Source of the DNA: Ministeria vibrans ATCC 50519
Taxonomy: Eukaryota > Protista > Filasterea
DNA: 64,000 nt
Assembly: GCA_943704425.1 (NCBI GenBank)
Contig: CALSCP010001486.1
Span: 1 to 64,000, forward strand
Direction of reading: 5' to 3'
The first letter of the stretch is position 1. The number at the start of each line of letters is the position of its first letter. Position numbers and translations under genes: made by a program. Below, piece by piece: positions 53,510-64,000 of this stretch. The notes under the pieces are model-generated. The model made no database searches. It saw only the letters and a program-made list of their open reading frames with translations, and was not told the DNA's origin.

Positions 53510-56500
53510 ATGTTGAAGGCCTTTGGAGCTCGGTGGGTTGCAGGCACCGTCGCCCGTGCTGCTCGTCGCGCATCGCCCCATCGCTTCCTTCACCCGTCGT
53601 TGCGCACGCCGAGCGCCAGCCACCGAGCCCAGAAGCACCATCGACGGTCGGGAGCCAGCGAGAAGCTACCTCGGTCCATTGATTATCGCGCATTGAGAGA
53701 GGTTGTGAAGCAACGATTCGACAGAGACTCGCCACCGTCTCCCGGCGATCTCCATCGCCTGGTCGCCATTGTGAACGCGGTCGCCATCGAAAAGACCAGC
53801 AACACCACTCTTGAGGCACGTCTGCTCATGGACGAGGTCTTCTTCTCGCTCCAGCGCGGTCGCTACTTTGTCTTCCCGACTGGCTCATCCGCATCTCTCT
53901 CGCTCGCTGTGTCCGCCATTGTCCGTAGCCAGCGTTACATCCGCTTCAACACCTTGCTCAACCACTCGCTCAAGCGCTTTGGCCAGCTCTACGAGAGCGG
54001 CGAAGGTTCTCTTGCTGACACACAGCTCATATACGCCGCGCTCGCTCGTCTCGTCACCTCTCCCGACTTTCAACTGCGTCTATCACCCCCACCAGCCTTA
54101 CCGCCGCCCCCGACGCAAACTATCGCAAACGAGCAAGAGTCGATTCCACCAGCACCAGCACCAGCACAAGCACAAGCAGCAGCAGCACCAACAACAACAG
54201 CATCATCATCATCATTATCATCATCATCATCTTCATCATCATCATCAGCAACAACAACGACGTCAATCACACGACGGCCGTCGGATCCTCCATTGGCCAA
54301 GATAGAGGCGACCACTGACCGCGCCAACAAACTCTTGTTTATCCTTGAACACACGCGTGTGGATCCGGTCCTTCTCAGCAACGCCACAGCTTCAATACAG
54401 TCGGAAATCATCATTGCCATGGCTCGCACTCGCGTTCTCCTCCCCTCTTTCGCTGGCGAGATTCTTTCAGGACTGCTGTCACATTGGAGTCACAATCGCT
54501 CCCAAATCCTCAACAGCGCCTCTCTCATTCGTCTACTTCACTCACTGCGTGTTCTCTTGCCCTACCAGAGCCCCACCTACCATAGCAGTGCCACTGCTGC
54601 TGATGGTACAAGAGACGCACCGGCGAAACGCGCGACCCAACTCGCCGCATCGCTCACCCACATACTGGCAACAGAGATTCTAGAGCAGCGAGAACACTTG
54701 CGCAACACCTCACTGGGTTGTCAGCTCGCGGGAGCTCTTGCGCGACTCTCGCAGGAGGCGCCAGCGGTTGCTTCTTCAGCGACTGTCGCGTACGCAGTGG
54801 CGCACCTCGTCAACCTACAAGTGCATATGCATGTTGACAATCACCGAGAGAACCACCGCGACCACGTACGCGAACAGCAGTTGGACAATCTAAAGAAAGT
54901 GCTCTCTGCGACTCACTGGCTCAATCACCAGCTGGGCAGTCGACTGCAACAGGGCGTCTGGTCGGGCCGCCCGCTTGTCAACCGCTGGCGCGAGTGGCTG
55001 CCATCGGTGCTCTCGTGCCGCAACGTACAGCTGCGCGGGGACACACTCGCTGCCAGCTGCCTTGCCATGGAGTCACTTGCGCCTCCAGGTGTGGAGATTG
55101 AGGTGAGTCGTGGGAGCACTACTGCGCACCCGCACCACCACCCTCCTGGTCGTGGGGACATGATTAAGTATATGCTAGGCCATGAAGGCACGCAGAAGCA
55201 ACTGCAATGCCCAGGTCAAGAACCGCTTTTTGTACAGATCTTCTGCTCTGGTGTTTGGTGCCAGAGCGACCTGTGGGGTCGACATGTACTCTTTGAAGGT
55301 GTACTTCAGCAACTAGCGCGCGGCTCACGCACACTGAGCGCACCTGGCGACATGGCACGCCTCATCACAGGCTGTGCCGTCTGCCTCTCGCATCGAGAAC
55401 GCTTCACTTCTGCCGCCTCGTCACCATCATCACCATCATCATTGCAAAGTGGCACCGGTCGCAGTGTGTACGAGCGCACCCTGGTGAATACCGTCGATGC
55501 ACTCCTCAGTGTGTGTCCCACCATGAGCTACTCGGACACCCTGGCGGCCACCAGTGAGCTTAAGCGCTTTCTCTTGCGTGACACCATTGCCACATCGTCC
55601 CTTCGCGCACGCTCCCGTCGCCGTGCTCGCAAAGCAACGGCGTTTCCGTCGCGCCCTGACGACGAGAGCACACTCACAAACGAGCACCCCCGCGACACGG
55701 TGCTGCTCTCCCCAGATCTTGCACGACGTCTGGGCGTGCGTGTGCCTCCAGATACCACCGCCCACGTCCCACTATCTCATTTGGCTCTTGTGCGCTGTCT
55801 CACCTGTACCCTTCTCGAGCGTGCCACTGTGCTTTTCCAGGGCCAGCCTCAACCCGCCTCCCAGTCCCGGCTGGCCCTGCTCCTCGCCTTTATCGGTCGC
55901 TCTGCCGGAACTGTTCTCACCGACGCCTTTTCCGCGCCCCTTTCCCACCCCTCCTACATTGAATCTATTCATACCGAGCTGCAAAATGCTCGTGTGCGTC
56001 TGGAAACCCACGCAAAGCGACTGAGCCACGCACAGCATAAGGAAGACACTCCTGCAGCCCGCACACTGTCACCACCACCACCGCCGCCACCGCCTACTGA
56101 GACCCTACTATCCCTTCTGGTCCAAGTGTGGTCGCTTGCCTCCGTTGATCATCTCGTCCATGTGCCGTTACTCACGTCTCTTGTGCATCTCCACGGCGTC
56201 AAGGCGTTTCGCGGCCAGTCCGCCCGCATGCTTATTGACGTGCTCCAGCCGACCCAGGCGCTCTCGGACGAGTCTCTCGACGTCCTCATTTCCTCGAGCG
56301 AGTCCTTCACTCGCGCTCTCTTGGCACCTGCGTCTCTTCGCTACTCATTGCGTCACGAGCTCTCGCGCCTCGAGAACGACGAACTCGCCCCCAAAAACTT
56401 TATTGTTCCCGGCACCACCTACAGCATTGATGCTGCCTTTCCGTCCTTCCGCGTTGCCTTCCTATTTCTCGGCCGCACACAGTGGGCAGTTGACGTGCCT

Positions 56501-56668
56501 CCGTCAGGCCAGGCAGTCGGTCACGGTCGCTTTCGCATTGGTGAGATCCTTCGCGCCGGTTGGTGTCCTGTCATTGTGCCCGTCGCCGAATTTGTCGATT
56601 CACCCAATCGACAGGCCTTGCTTGTGAAGCGTCTCAACATTGCACGAGCTCTGGCTAGTGGATCCTAA
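53510..56668 (+). CDS. Single-exon organellar RAP-domain protein (FASTK-like)
   Basis: Arg-rich leader MLKAFGARWVAGTVARAARRAS; long helical body; C-terminal YSIDAAF...VAFLFLG...ILRAGWCPVIVPVAEF fits the RAP pattern. Confidence 0.7.
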   Translation: MLKAFGARWVAGTVARAARRASPHRFLHPSLRTPSASHRAQKHHRRSGASEKLPRSIDYRALREVVKQRFDRDSPPSPGDLHRLVAIVNAVAIEKTSNTTLEARLLMDEVFFSLQRGRYFVFPTGSSASLSLAVSAIVRSQRYIRFNTLLNHSLKRFGQLYESGEGSLADTQLIYAALARLVTSPDFQLRLSPPPALPPPPTQTIANEQESIPPAPAPAQAQAAAAPTTTASSSSLSSSSSSSSSSATTTTSITRRPSDPPLAKIEATTDRANKLLFILEHTRVDPVLLSNATASIQSEIIIAMARTRVLLPSFAGEILSGLLSHWSHNRSQILNSASLIRLLHSLRVLLPYQSPTYHSSATAADGTRDAPAKRATQLAASLTHILATEILEQREHLRNTSLGCQLAGALARLSQEAPAVASSATVAYAVAHLVNLQVHMHVDNHRENHRDHVREQQLDNLKKVLSATHWLNHQLGSRLQQGVWSGRPLVNRWREWLPSVLSCRNVQLRGDTLAASCLAMESLAPPGVEIEVSRGSTTAHPHHHPPGRGDMIKYMLGHEGTQKQLQCPGQEPLFVQIFCSGVWCQSDLWGRHVLFEGVLQQLARGSRTLSAPGDMARLITGCAVCLSHRERFTSAASSPSSPSSLQSGTGRSVYERTLVNTVDALLSVCPTMSYSDTLAATSELKRFLLRDTIATSSLRARSRRRARKATAFPSRPDDESTLTNEHPRDTVLLSPDLARRLGVRVPPDTTAHVPLSHLALVRCLTCTLLERATVLFQGQPQPASQSRLALLLAFIGRSAGTVLTDAFSAPLSHPSYIESIHTELQNARVRLETHAKRLSHAQHKEDTPAARTLSPPPPPPPPTETLLSLLVQVWSLASVDHLVHVPLLTSLVHLHGVKAFRGQSARMLIDVLQPTQALSDESLDVLISSSESFTRALLAPASLRYSLRHELSRLENDELAPKNFIVPGTTYSIDAAFPSFRVAFLFLGRTQWAVDVPPSGQAVGHGRFRIGEILRAGWCPVIVPVAEFVDSPNRQALLVKRLNIARALASGS

Positions 56669-56820
56669 CTGAGGTGTATATCATTGTACAAAGCATCAGT
56701 CCTCAGATTCAGATAATTAATTAAATTTTACATTTTAGTCAATAAAATAAATAGTCATGAAAATAAACATTCATTTTCACACACACATTTTACACCCATT
56801 TTTTCCGTTTTTGCCTCACA

Positions 56821-57625
56821 ATGGATCTCTTTCAAATCGCTGAGACAGGTCGATTGGACTTTCTGGAACAGTTGCTCAAGAACAAAAAGGAGCGCAAAAA
56901 ACTTAACGACAGGTAAAAGAAAATGTGCGTTGGAGCATCGGAACTGAACCCCCCTCCGCGTGCTGCAGAGACCAGGAAGGCCACACGGCCCTTACACGAG
57001 CAGCCAAGGCTGGTATGTGCCGTTTTGTGGTTTCTTTCAATTTTCCCAAACGCAAACCCCATTTTCACATTGAGAGGTCTGTCGCCCCGTCTCTCCTGGC
57101 CGGCCTTTTCACCCAGTATCATCATGCGATCCCGTGGTTGTTCACTCCCTTGACCGTTTCTTTTGTTACTTACTGTGAAAAAAATTGTTTGGGACTTTTT
57201 CTGTCCTCTTCCGCCTCCCCCCGTTCGATGGTATGCTGGGACCGAGCGTGTGAGGAGAGCCTGCGCACATTTGCTTTTGTTTGTCTCTTTTTTTATATTG
57301 TTTTGCAGTGCTCAACCCCACTTCTTTGTTGGGGGGATTGGGGCGACGCTGTCGCGGCCTAACCCTGCGTGTGGGGTTCTGTGGGGGGGTCTTGTTATGG
57401 GCGTGCAGGCTTGCACAGTCGTCGTTGCTGCATTCCAGCGCAGTGGGGTGTTGTGGTGGGGAGAGGGGGGGGGGAGGGAGGGGCGTTGCGACGCACACAT
57501 AGTAACGCGCGCTGATCATGCGCTGTTGCCTTTGGATTGCAGGTCAGACGGAGGTAGTGAAAGTCCTCGTTGAGAACCACGTCGAGCTTAACACCCAGCT
57601 TCCCGATGGTACCAGACAGCGAGAC

Positions 57626-57670
<45 letters not shown>

Positions 57671-60592
57671 AGAAGCAAAACAAAACAAAACAAAGCTAAC
57701 TCTTATCGCCTATCGCTTAACCAGGACGCACGCCGCTTCATCTGGCCTGCGAAAGCGGTGTTATTGATACGGTCAACGTGCTCATCAACGGTGGTGCCTG
57801 TACGATAAGCGAATTACTTTTCTCGACCGATCACAACAGCGATAACACAAATTTTTTTTACAGCGATTTCGCGAGTGGCTCACGACGGCTCGACGCCACT
57901 CTTTACGGCGACACGTTGCGGAAACGAACAAGCTGTGCGTGTGCTACTTAAGGCAAACGCCGACGTGAACCAGTCGATGGACTCAACCATCCACACGCAT
58001 GTCAAGATGACACCGCAAGACACACTTGTGCGTTCGCTCATGAGTGCGCGTGTCGGCGTTGAAGACGAACTCGTGAGCAACGGTACAGTTCCACTCTTCC
58101 TGGCAAGTGCTCTAGGCTACGAAGGCGTCGTGCGTGCTCTGGTGGAGGGTGGTGCTGACGTCAACTACCGTGATTCCGAGCAGGTGACCGCGCTCTTTCT
58201 GGCGGCCGCCAATGGACACGGTGCTGTCGCACAGTTCCTCATCAAAAAAGGCGCGTTGATCAACCCGGAATTACCCGGTGGCATCACGCCGCTTTACATT
58301 GCGGCGCGCAACGGTCAGATTGCGTCGCTCCAAGTGTTGTGTGACACCAATTCGGCACTGGTGAACAAGCAGACGGACACGGGCGAGACGCCGGTGTACG
58401 CCGCAAGTGAGCACGGCTACGAGGCCGTTGTGCGTGTGCTGTGCACGCACAACGCCATGACACACCTGCCCGTGGTGGGCGGTGCCACTGCCATGCACGC
58501 AGCCAGTCGAAATGGCCATCTTCTTGTGGTGCAACATCTGGTGGCGGCCAAGGCCGATGTGAACGCGCGTCGCTTCGACGATGCCACCCCACTTTACTGT
58601 GCCGCCGAGGGAGGTCATTTTCGCGTTGTTGAATATTTGCTTAAGCATGGTCAAGCCAATCCAGCCAACACCATTGCGGGCGGTGCGTCACCGCTCTTTG
58701 TCGCCGCGTACAACGGCGACCTGGAAATTGTCAAGCTTCTGCACCAGTACGGCGCCGACCTGTGCCAGGCCAAACCCACGGGCACTACACCACTGTTTGT
58801 GGCCGCCCAGAACAACCAAGACCATGTCGTCAAGTATCTGATGGACCAAGGGGTCGATATCAACGCACCCACTTCCACAGGCGCCACTCCCTGCCACGTA
58901 GTCGCCGAGACGGGTGTCGTCGAGATGCTCGAGCAACTGCTTGTTCTCGGAGCCAAAGTGCACGCCACGATGGAGCCGAACGGAACCACACCGCTCTTTC
59001 TGGCGGCACAGTACGGGCACAGCAAGATGATTCGTGCGCTGGTCAAGGCGGGGGCCCAAGTCAACTTTGCCAAGACAGATGTGAACACGACACCGTTGTA
59101 CATTGCGTGTCAGAATGGACACATATCGGCCGCACGCGCGCTCATTGAGTTGGGGGCGGATGTGCGTGCGGCGTCCAAGACGGGCGCGACGCCACTGTAT
59201 GTCGCCAGTCAGAATGGTCACATTGACTGTGTCGAGTTACTTGTCAAGAAGGGTGCCGACGTGAACAAGAAGCTTGTGACGACGGGTGCGACCGCCTTGT
59301 GCATTGCAGCGACCAACGGGCGCTCCGACGTGTGTGATGTGCTTCTCGACGCCAACGCGCGCGTCGACGACGCAGCAAAGAATGGTGCGACGCCGCTGTT
59401 TCTGGCGGCACGTCGGGGTCATCTGGAGCTGACGGGGCGTCTTATTGAGCGCAATGCAAATGTGCAGGTGGCTGTGGCGGGTGTGACACCGTTGATGGCT
59501 GCGGCGGGACGCGGCGACGATCACATGGTTCTGAAGCTGTTGGAGCACGGAGCGGATCCCAATGTTAAGAGCGACAAGGGACTGACGCCGTTGTTTGCGG
59601 CGTCCTTCAAGGGGCGACTGACCACCGTGCGGCTGTTGCTTGCGGCCGAGGCGGACCTGACCATTGCGGGTCCCGAGGGCGTCACGCCGTTGATGATTGC
59701 GTCGTTTGCGGGCCACACGGATATTGTCGAGGCGCTGCTGTTTGGGGGTGCGGATCCGAACCACACGAGTGATTTGAATTTGACGGCGTTGATTCTGGCG
59801 ACGAAGAACAACTATAAGGCGGTGGTGAAACTGCTGCTGGAGTGTGGGGCAGAGCCGGATGTGGTGCGTGCGGGTGGCCGCCGAAACAGCCTCAATGTTG
59901 CTAATGCAATGGGGTTCACCGAGCTGAGTGACATGCTGCGCGAGCGCATCATTGGGAGGAAAAAGGAGGAGATTGCGGAAGCGAAGGCGAGCAAACGACG
60001 GTCGTCGCAGTCCTCGGACGGCGAGAAGCCCGGGTTCTTTCGACGACGGTCGAGCTCAGGGGGGAGCATCAAGGATGGTGTCACGGGGGGAGCGGAGAAG
60101 GGCCGTCGACGCAGCTTCTTTGGTGGAGGTAGGAAGACGAGTACATCGTCTATGCTGGGCGACGAGGCCGACTACGATACCAAGTCGATTCGCGAGGAAC
60201 TTGCGGCACTGCCCGAGGCTAACGAAGACGAGGAAGACGTCAAGTCGCCCCAAGTGCACTTTCAAGAGGAGAAGGAGGAGAAGCCGCTGGTGCCCGACGA
60301 GACACATGTGATTCAGTCGGTGAAGGAGACACCAACCGAGAGCGCCCCGGCCGCTGTGGACCTGCAGGAGACCGATGCGACGAGTCTCGCCGACATAGAC
60401 GAGCTCCAAGACGAAGAGCACTTTGTCGATACCAGCAAGAAAAACACTGATGTGAACGCCACCATGGACGATGCACCACCGCCGCTCGAAGTTGAAGTGA
60501 CAGAGGAAGCAGCGGATGCGACTTCTGATGCCCCGCCACCACTCGATGAAGATCCCGACTACGACGATGTAGAAGGAACTGCTGCTGAATGA
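56821..60592 (+). CDS. Ankyrin-repeat protein (~20+ repeats) with basic then acidic disordered tail (5 exons)
   Basis: Repeated GxTPLxxAAxxGHxxxVxxLLxxGAxVN; four short 5' exons splice in frame from ATG 56821. Confidence 0.92.
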
Positions 60593-60784
60593 AACGGAAG
60601 ACTCAACGAGAAGAGAGAGGGAGAGAGGGAGAGAGAAAAAAGGGAGAAAAAAAGAAACACAAATAACACCGAATAAATAATGACATTTGCCTTAGTTTAG
60701 TTTCACAGTTTTTTTATTTCACACATATTGCGCATTGGGGAGTGGTTGTCGCGTCGGGTTAAATAACACTCGGGTCCAGCAGGA

Positions 60785-63700
60785 ATGTGGGCGAACAGCA
60801 TCTTCATCCTCACCGCATGTTTGGGGCTCTCGTTTTTCTCCACGCGAGGTATGTTATTGTGTGACGTAGGTGTCTTCCACACCGTTTGCTCGTTCACTCC
60901 CTCTTCCTTGCCGCATCGCTGCATTGGGCACTGGCGCTCATCTTCTATTCTTCTTATCAATTCCATTGACTCCTTCCGCTTTTATGCCCATTCTTTGCTG
61001 TCATATAGTGTGAATATCATATTTTGAATTTCTCAGTGATCGTTCGTTCTTCCGCAAGTTCCCCTGCCATTCTACTCCGGCGCTGCCCGCATACTATAAA
61101 ATTTACCTCACGCATGAATATGAAACTTCGCGCTGGTTGATTATAGCTCTAGTTTGGGCCCAACACCTTTTTGTATTTCCGTCACTGACGTCACTTTCAT
61201 TTTCAAAACGTTTACCAAAACTCAGCGGCGCAAGTCTGCATCAACGGCGGCTATGCCGTGTTCAACAGCAACTGTCTCTACAACGACTTGCTCCAGTTCG
61301 GCTCGACTGGGGGGTCTGATTTTGGCTTGCAAGTGTCCATTGACGAATACAGCGGCGACATCTTCCTTGTGGGCCACTCCAACGGCCCCTGGAGCGGCTT
61401 CACTCCGCAGGGGAATGATGTTGTTGTGGAGAAGACCACTGCCACTCTGGGAGGAGCGAGCTCACTCATGGGCAGCCCCTTCTCCATCACGGCCTCGGGC
61501 GACGACACCGTCTCCTCGTCAGCCATTGACTTCAGCACGGCCACCGACAATGCCATGCTGTACATCACCGGACTCACCTACTCCAACATGTTTGCAACGC
61601 ACCTCGGCAAGTACGAAGTCAATCCCTTATCACTCAAGTCATGTGTGTCATAAGCGCACTCTCCTGTTATCCTTCCCTCCACACACACACTCTCTCTCTC
61701 TCACATGGCGCGCCATAAATCTTCTCTTAGTGGTGATATTTTTCTTGCTGCCATGGATGGGTCTACAGGAACACTCTCGATTACCTATCAAGGAGGAACC
61801 TCCACGTACGATGGTTCTACCTTGGTCATATTCGATCCAGTCGACTCAGTCGCCTTCGTACGTCCATTAACGTACATTGTATATCAGGAATACTTAATTT
61901 TGTTTGGTGTTGAAGGTTGTCGGGTGGACGCGCGGCACGATTAATCCCGACGGCACGTTCTACGTTGGCTCCGACCCGTCGTCGCAGGCCCAAGACGCGT
62001 CTGGATTCGTCCTGCCCATCACTGGAACAAAGTGGACGGGTGGTGGAAGCGCAGGCCAAGTTGGTTCCATCTTAAATGTCGCCCATGTTTTCAAACGGGA
62101 GTATATATTCGCGGCGACCATCGATACAGTGAATCGTGTGCTCTACGTGGGCGGACGAACCTTCAACTCATTCTATGGAACGCTCTCGGGCACAGCGGAT
62201 GCCTTCATCACACGCGTGAACATTGCAAGCCCTCTTGCACCCGTCTTCTTAAACGGCATCCAGATGAGCACCGCCATTTCCGGCTACGGCAACTCCGAAA
62301 ACACGTACATCTCTTTTCACCCTTGATCCATGTCTACCAAAACGACATTCCATTGATGCTTTCTGCTTAGCGACTCAATGGCCATCAACCCGTTGACCGA
62401 CTCGCTGTACATGGTGCTCTCCATGAGCTCTGGCACCACCTCAAAGACCTTCTTGCGCTGCTACTCGTTGGATCTAGCTACCCTCAAGTATGAGGTGCAA
62501 ATCGCCGTCACACGACCGTACGAACACACACATGTCACATATGCACATTTACATACGTCGTTTAACTGAACCTCTATTTATTTGCTTGGGTTTTTCCTAC
62601 CGCCACAGTAACCCGCAAAGTCATAGTCTTGCGCTTGATCCTGAACTGGATCTACTTGTGATGGCAGGCCAAGACTTTGACTGGGTCACATTTACACCCG
62701 AAGCCATTGAAGAGCGCCACAGTGCCTCCACAGGCGCTTACGTGTCACAGGTAAAGAGCATATCTTGTTAATATCTACTTTCTTTTGACTATCTATCTCA
62801 CAATTGCCTTACTCTTTTCTCTCACAGAGCACCTTTCGAGCTGCGTCGAACTCTAACACAGGGTATAACCATGTCACATGCGACACCGTGCGACACTACT
62901 GCTCATTTTCCGGTATATTACACAATCGATGACTTCTTTTCAACTCACCCTTTGTCCTTGGGTTTGTTTGTTTGTAGGGTGGACTGATCATACGGTCAGT
63001 GGTTCGCCACTGGGAAGCAATACCTTCTTGTTCAAGTCAGAATGTAGCATTGAAAACACAGAGGAGTGTGCGTGTCCCGCAGGCTTTTCAGGCGATCGTT
63101 GTGCTGAGAGTGCTTGCTCTCCGTACCACTCGTGCGGGACCAACTCGAAGTGCAATGTTGTGCCTGCACACCCCAATGGATACACTTGTAGCTGCTTTGA
63201 GGGCTTTACTGGTCCCTCGTGCTCCACTGCATTCTCTCCTTGTGATTCCAATCCCTGTCTCAACGGCGCTACGTGCAGCTCCAGTAAGACGGACAATTAT
63301 TTTGTACTTTTGCTTACACACTCGTTCTTCAGCTCTTGGCGATCGAGGCTCTCCCGTATTCAAAGTGATTGATGGTGCCAGCACAATCACACGAACCAAT
63401 CAAGTCAACGTGCAGTCATTTGTGCTCACTTCCACAGCCACCGTTCGCCTCGGGATCATGACCCAAACTCTCTCATGTAAGATGTCGGTTTCAGTATTGT
63501 TATTGAATCTGATCGAGCCTTGTCGACTCTTTTTAACCCAGCAATGGGAGGTGCTGCCTTGCTTGGAGTGTACGACGGCTACAACGACGGTCTGATCATT
63601 TCTGAGCTGGTTGACAGTTTTATGCCAACAAGTGAAGGGTTTGTCTGGGCACTCACCGAGTTTGAAGCGATTGGCGGCAGGACTTACACCGCGGTACGAT

Positions 63701-64000
63701 TCAATACGGCGTGACATATGTGATAATATATAGTATTGATTGCTTTGGTTGATAGGGAGTGTATGTACCGAGTGGTGTTTCTGCCACTATGGTTGCTTTC
63801 ATTTCAGATCTGCTTGAGAGACCGAGTTTGGCAACGATTGGGTCTTCGCTCGCGTTCAAAGGGTCCTCAGGCGTCTCATTTACTGCAACAGTACCGACCA
63901 CATCCGAGACACAGCCTAGGTTCTCGGGTGTTCTCTTTGGAATTGCGAGTGTTACCGAGTACATGTGTATTTGTTCGCTGGGGAAGACCGGCGAGGACTG
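60785..64000 (+). CDS. Secreted/surface protein with SBBP-like beta-propeller and EGF-like repeats (3' partial)
   Basis: Signal peptide MWANSIFILTACLGLSFFSTRA; QFGSTGGSDFGLQVSIDEYSGDIFLVGHS-type repeats; CACPAGFSGDRC, YTCSCFEGFTGPSC, PCDSNPCLNGATC. Confidence 0.8.

Noticed and set aside
57358-57367. CCTAACCCTG, a telomerase-template-like sequence in an ankyrin-gene intron
   Set aside because: A 9-10-mer is not improbable in 128 kb of both strands; no convincing pseudoknot seen
63709-63755. Possible GC-AG intron in the EGF gene
   Set aside because: A canonical in-phase GTACGA donor about 15 nt upstream explains the junction

Overview
Gene-dense, intron-rich nuclear DNA from a microbial eukaryote. 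The gene set (IP3 receptor, tyrosine-kinase-family domain, TRAF7-like, SHKBP1/KCTD3, WDFY, ARMC6, Chibby, EFCAB10, BORCS5) points to a flagellated unicellular holozoan; this is inference. About 26 protein-coding genes can be reconstructed with GT-AG introns, mostly separated by only 100-500 bp. There are four N-gaps. No tRNA, rRNA, snRNA or CRISPR array was recognised. Main points: (1) a bacterial-type alanine racemase with two spliceosomal introns and a mitochondrial-type leader, a likely domesticated horizontal transfer; (2) an anomalous ~2 kb gene-free island (20.0-22.1 kb) with a G-U-rich long hairpin ending in T10, three degenerate poly(T)-anchored repeat units and a decayed ORF; (3) a 94-bp MITE-like element with a perfect 28-bp palindrome; (4) a 9-nt micro-exon beside the sulfatase active-site motif; (5) a catalytically dead tyrosine kinase and a RING-less TRAF7-like gene; (6) a dispersed intronic motif, TATCACTTTGTTTC; (7) structured segments in unusually long introns of SmD3 and Elongin C. 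All family assignments come from motif recognition by eye, not database searches.
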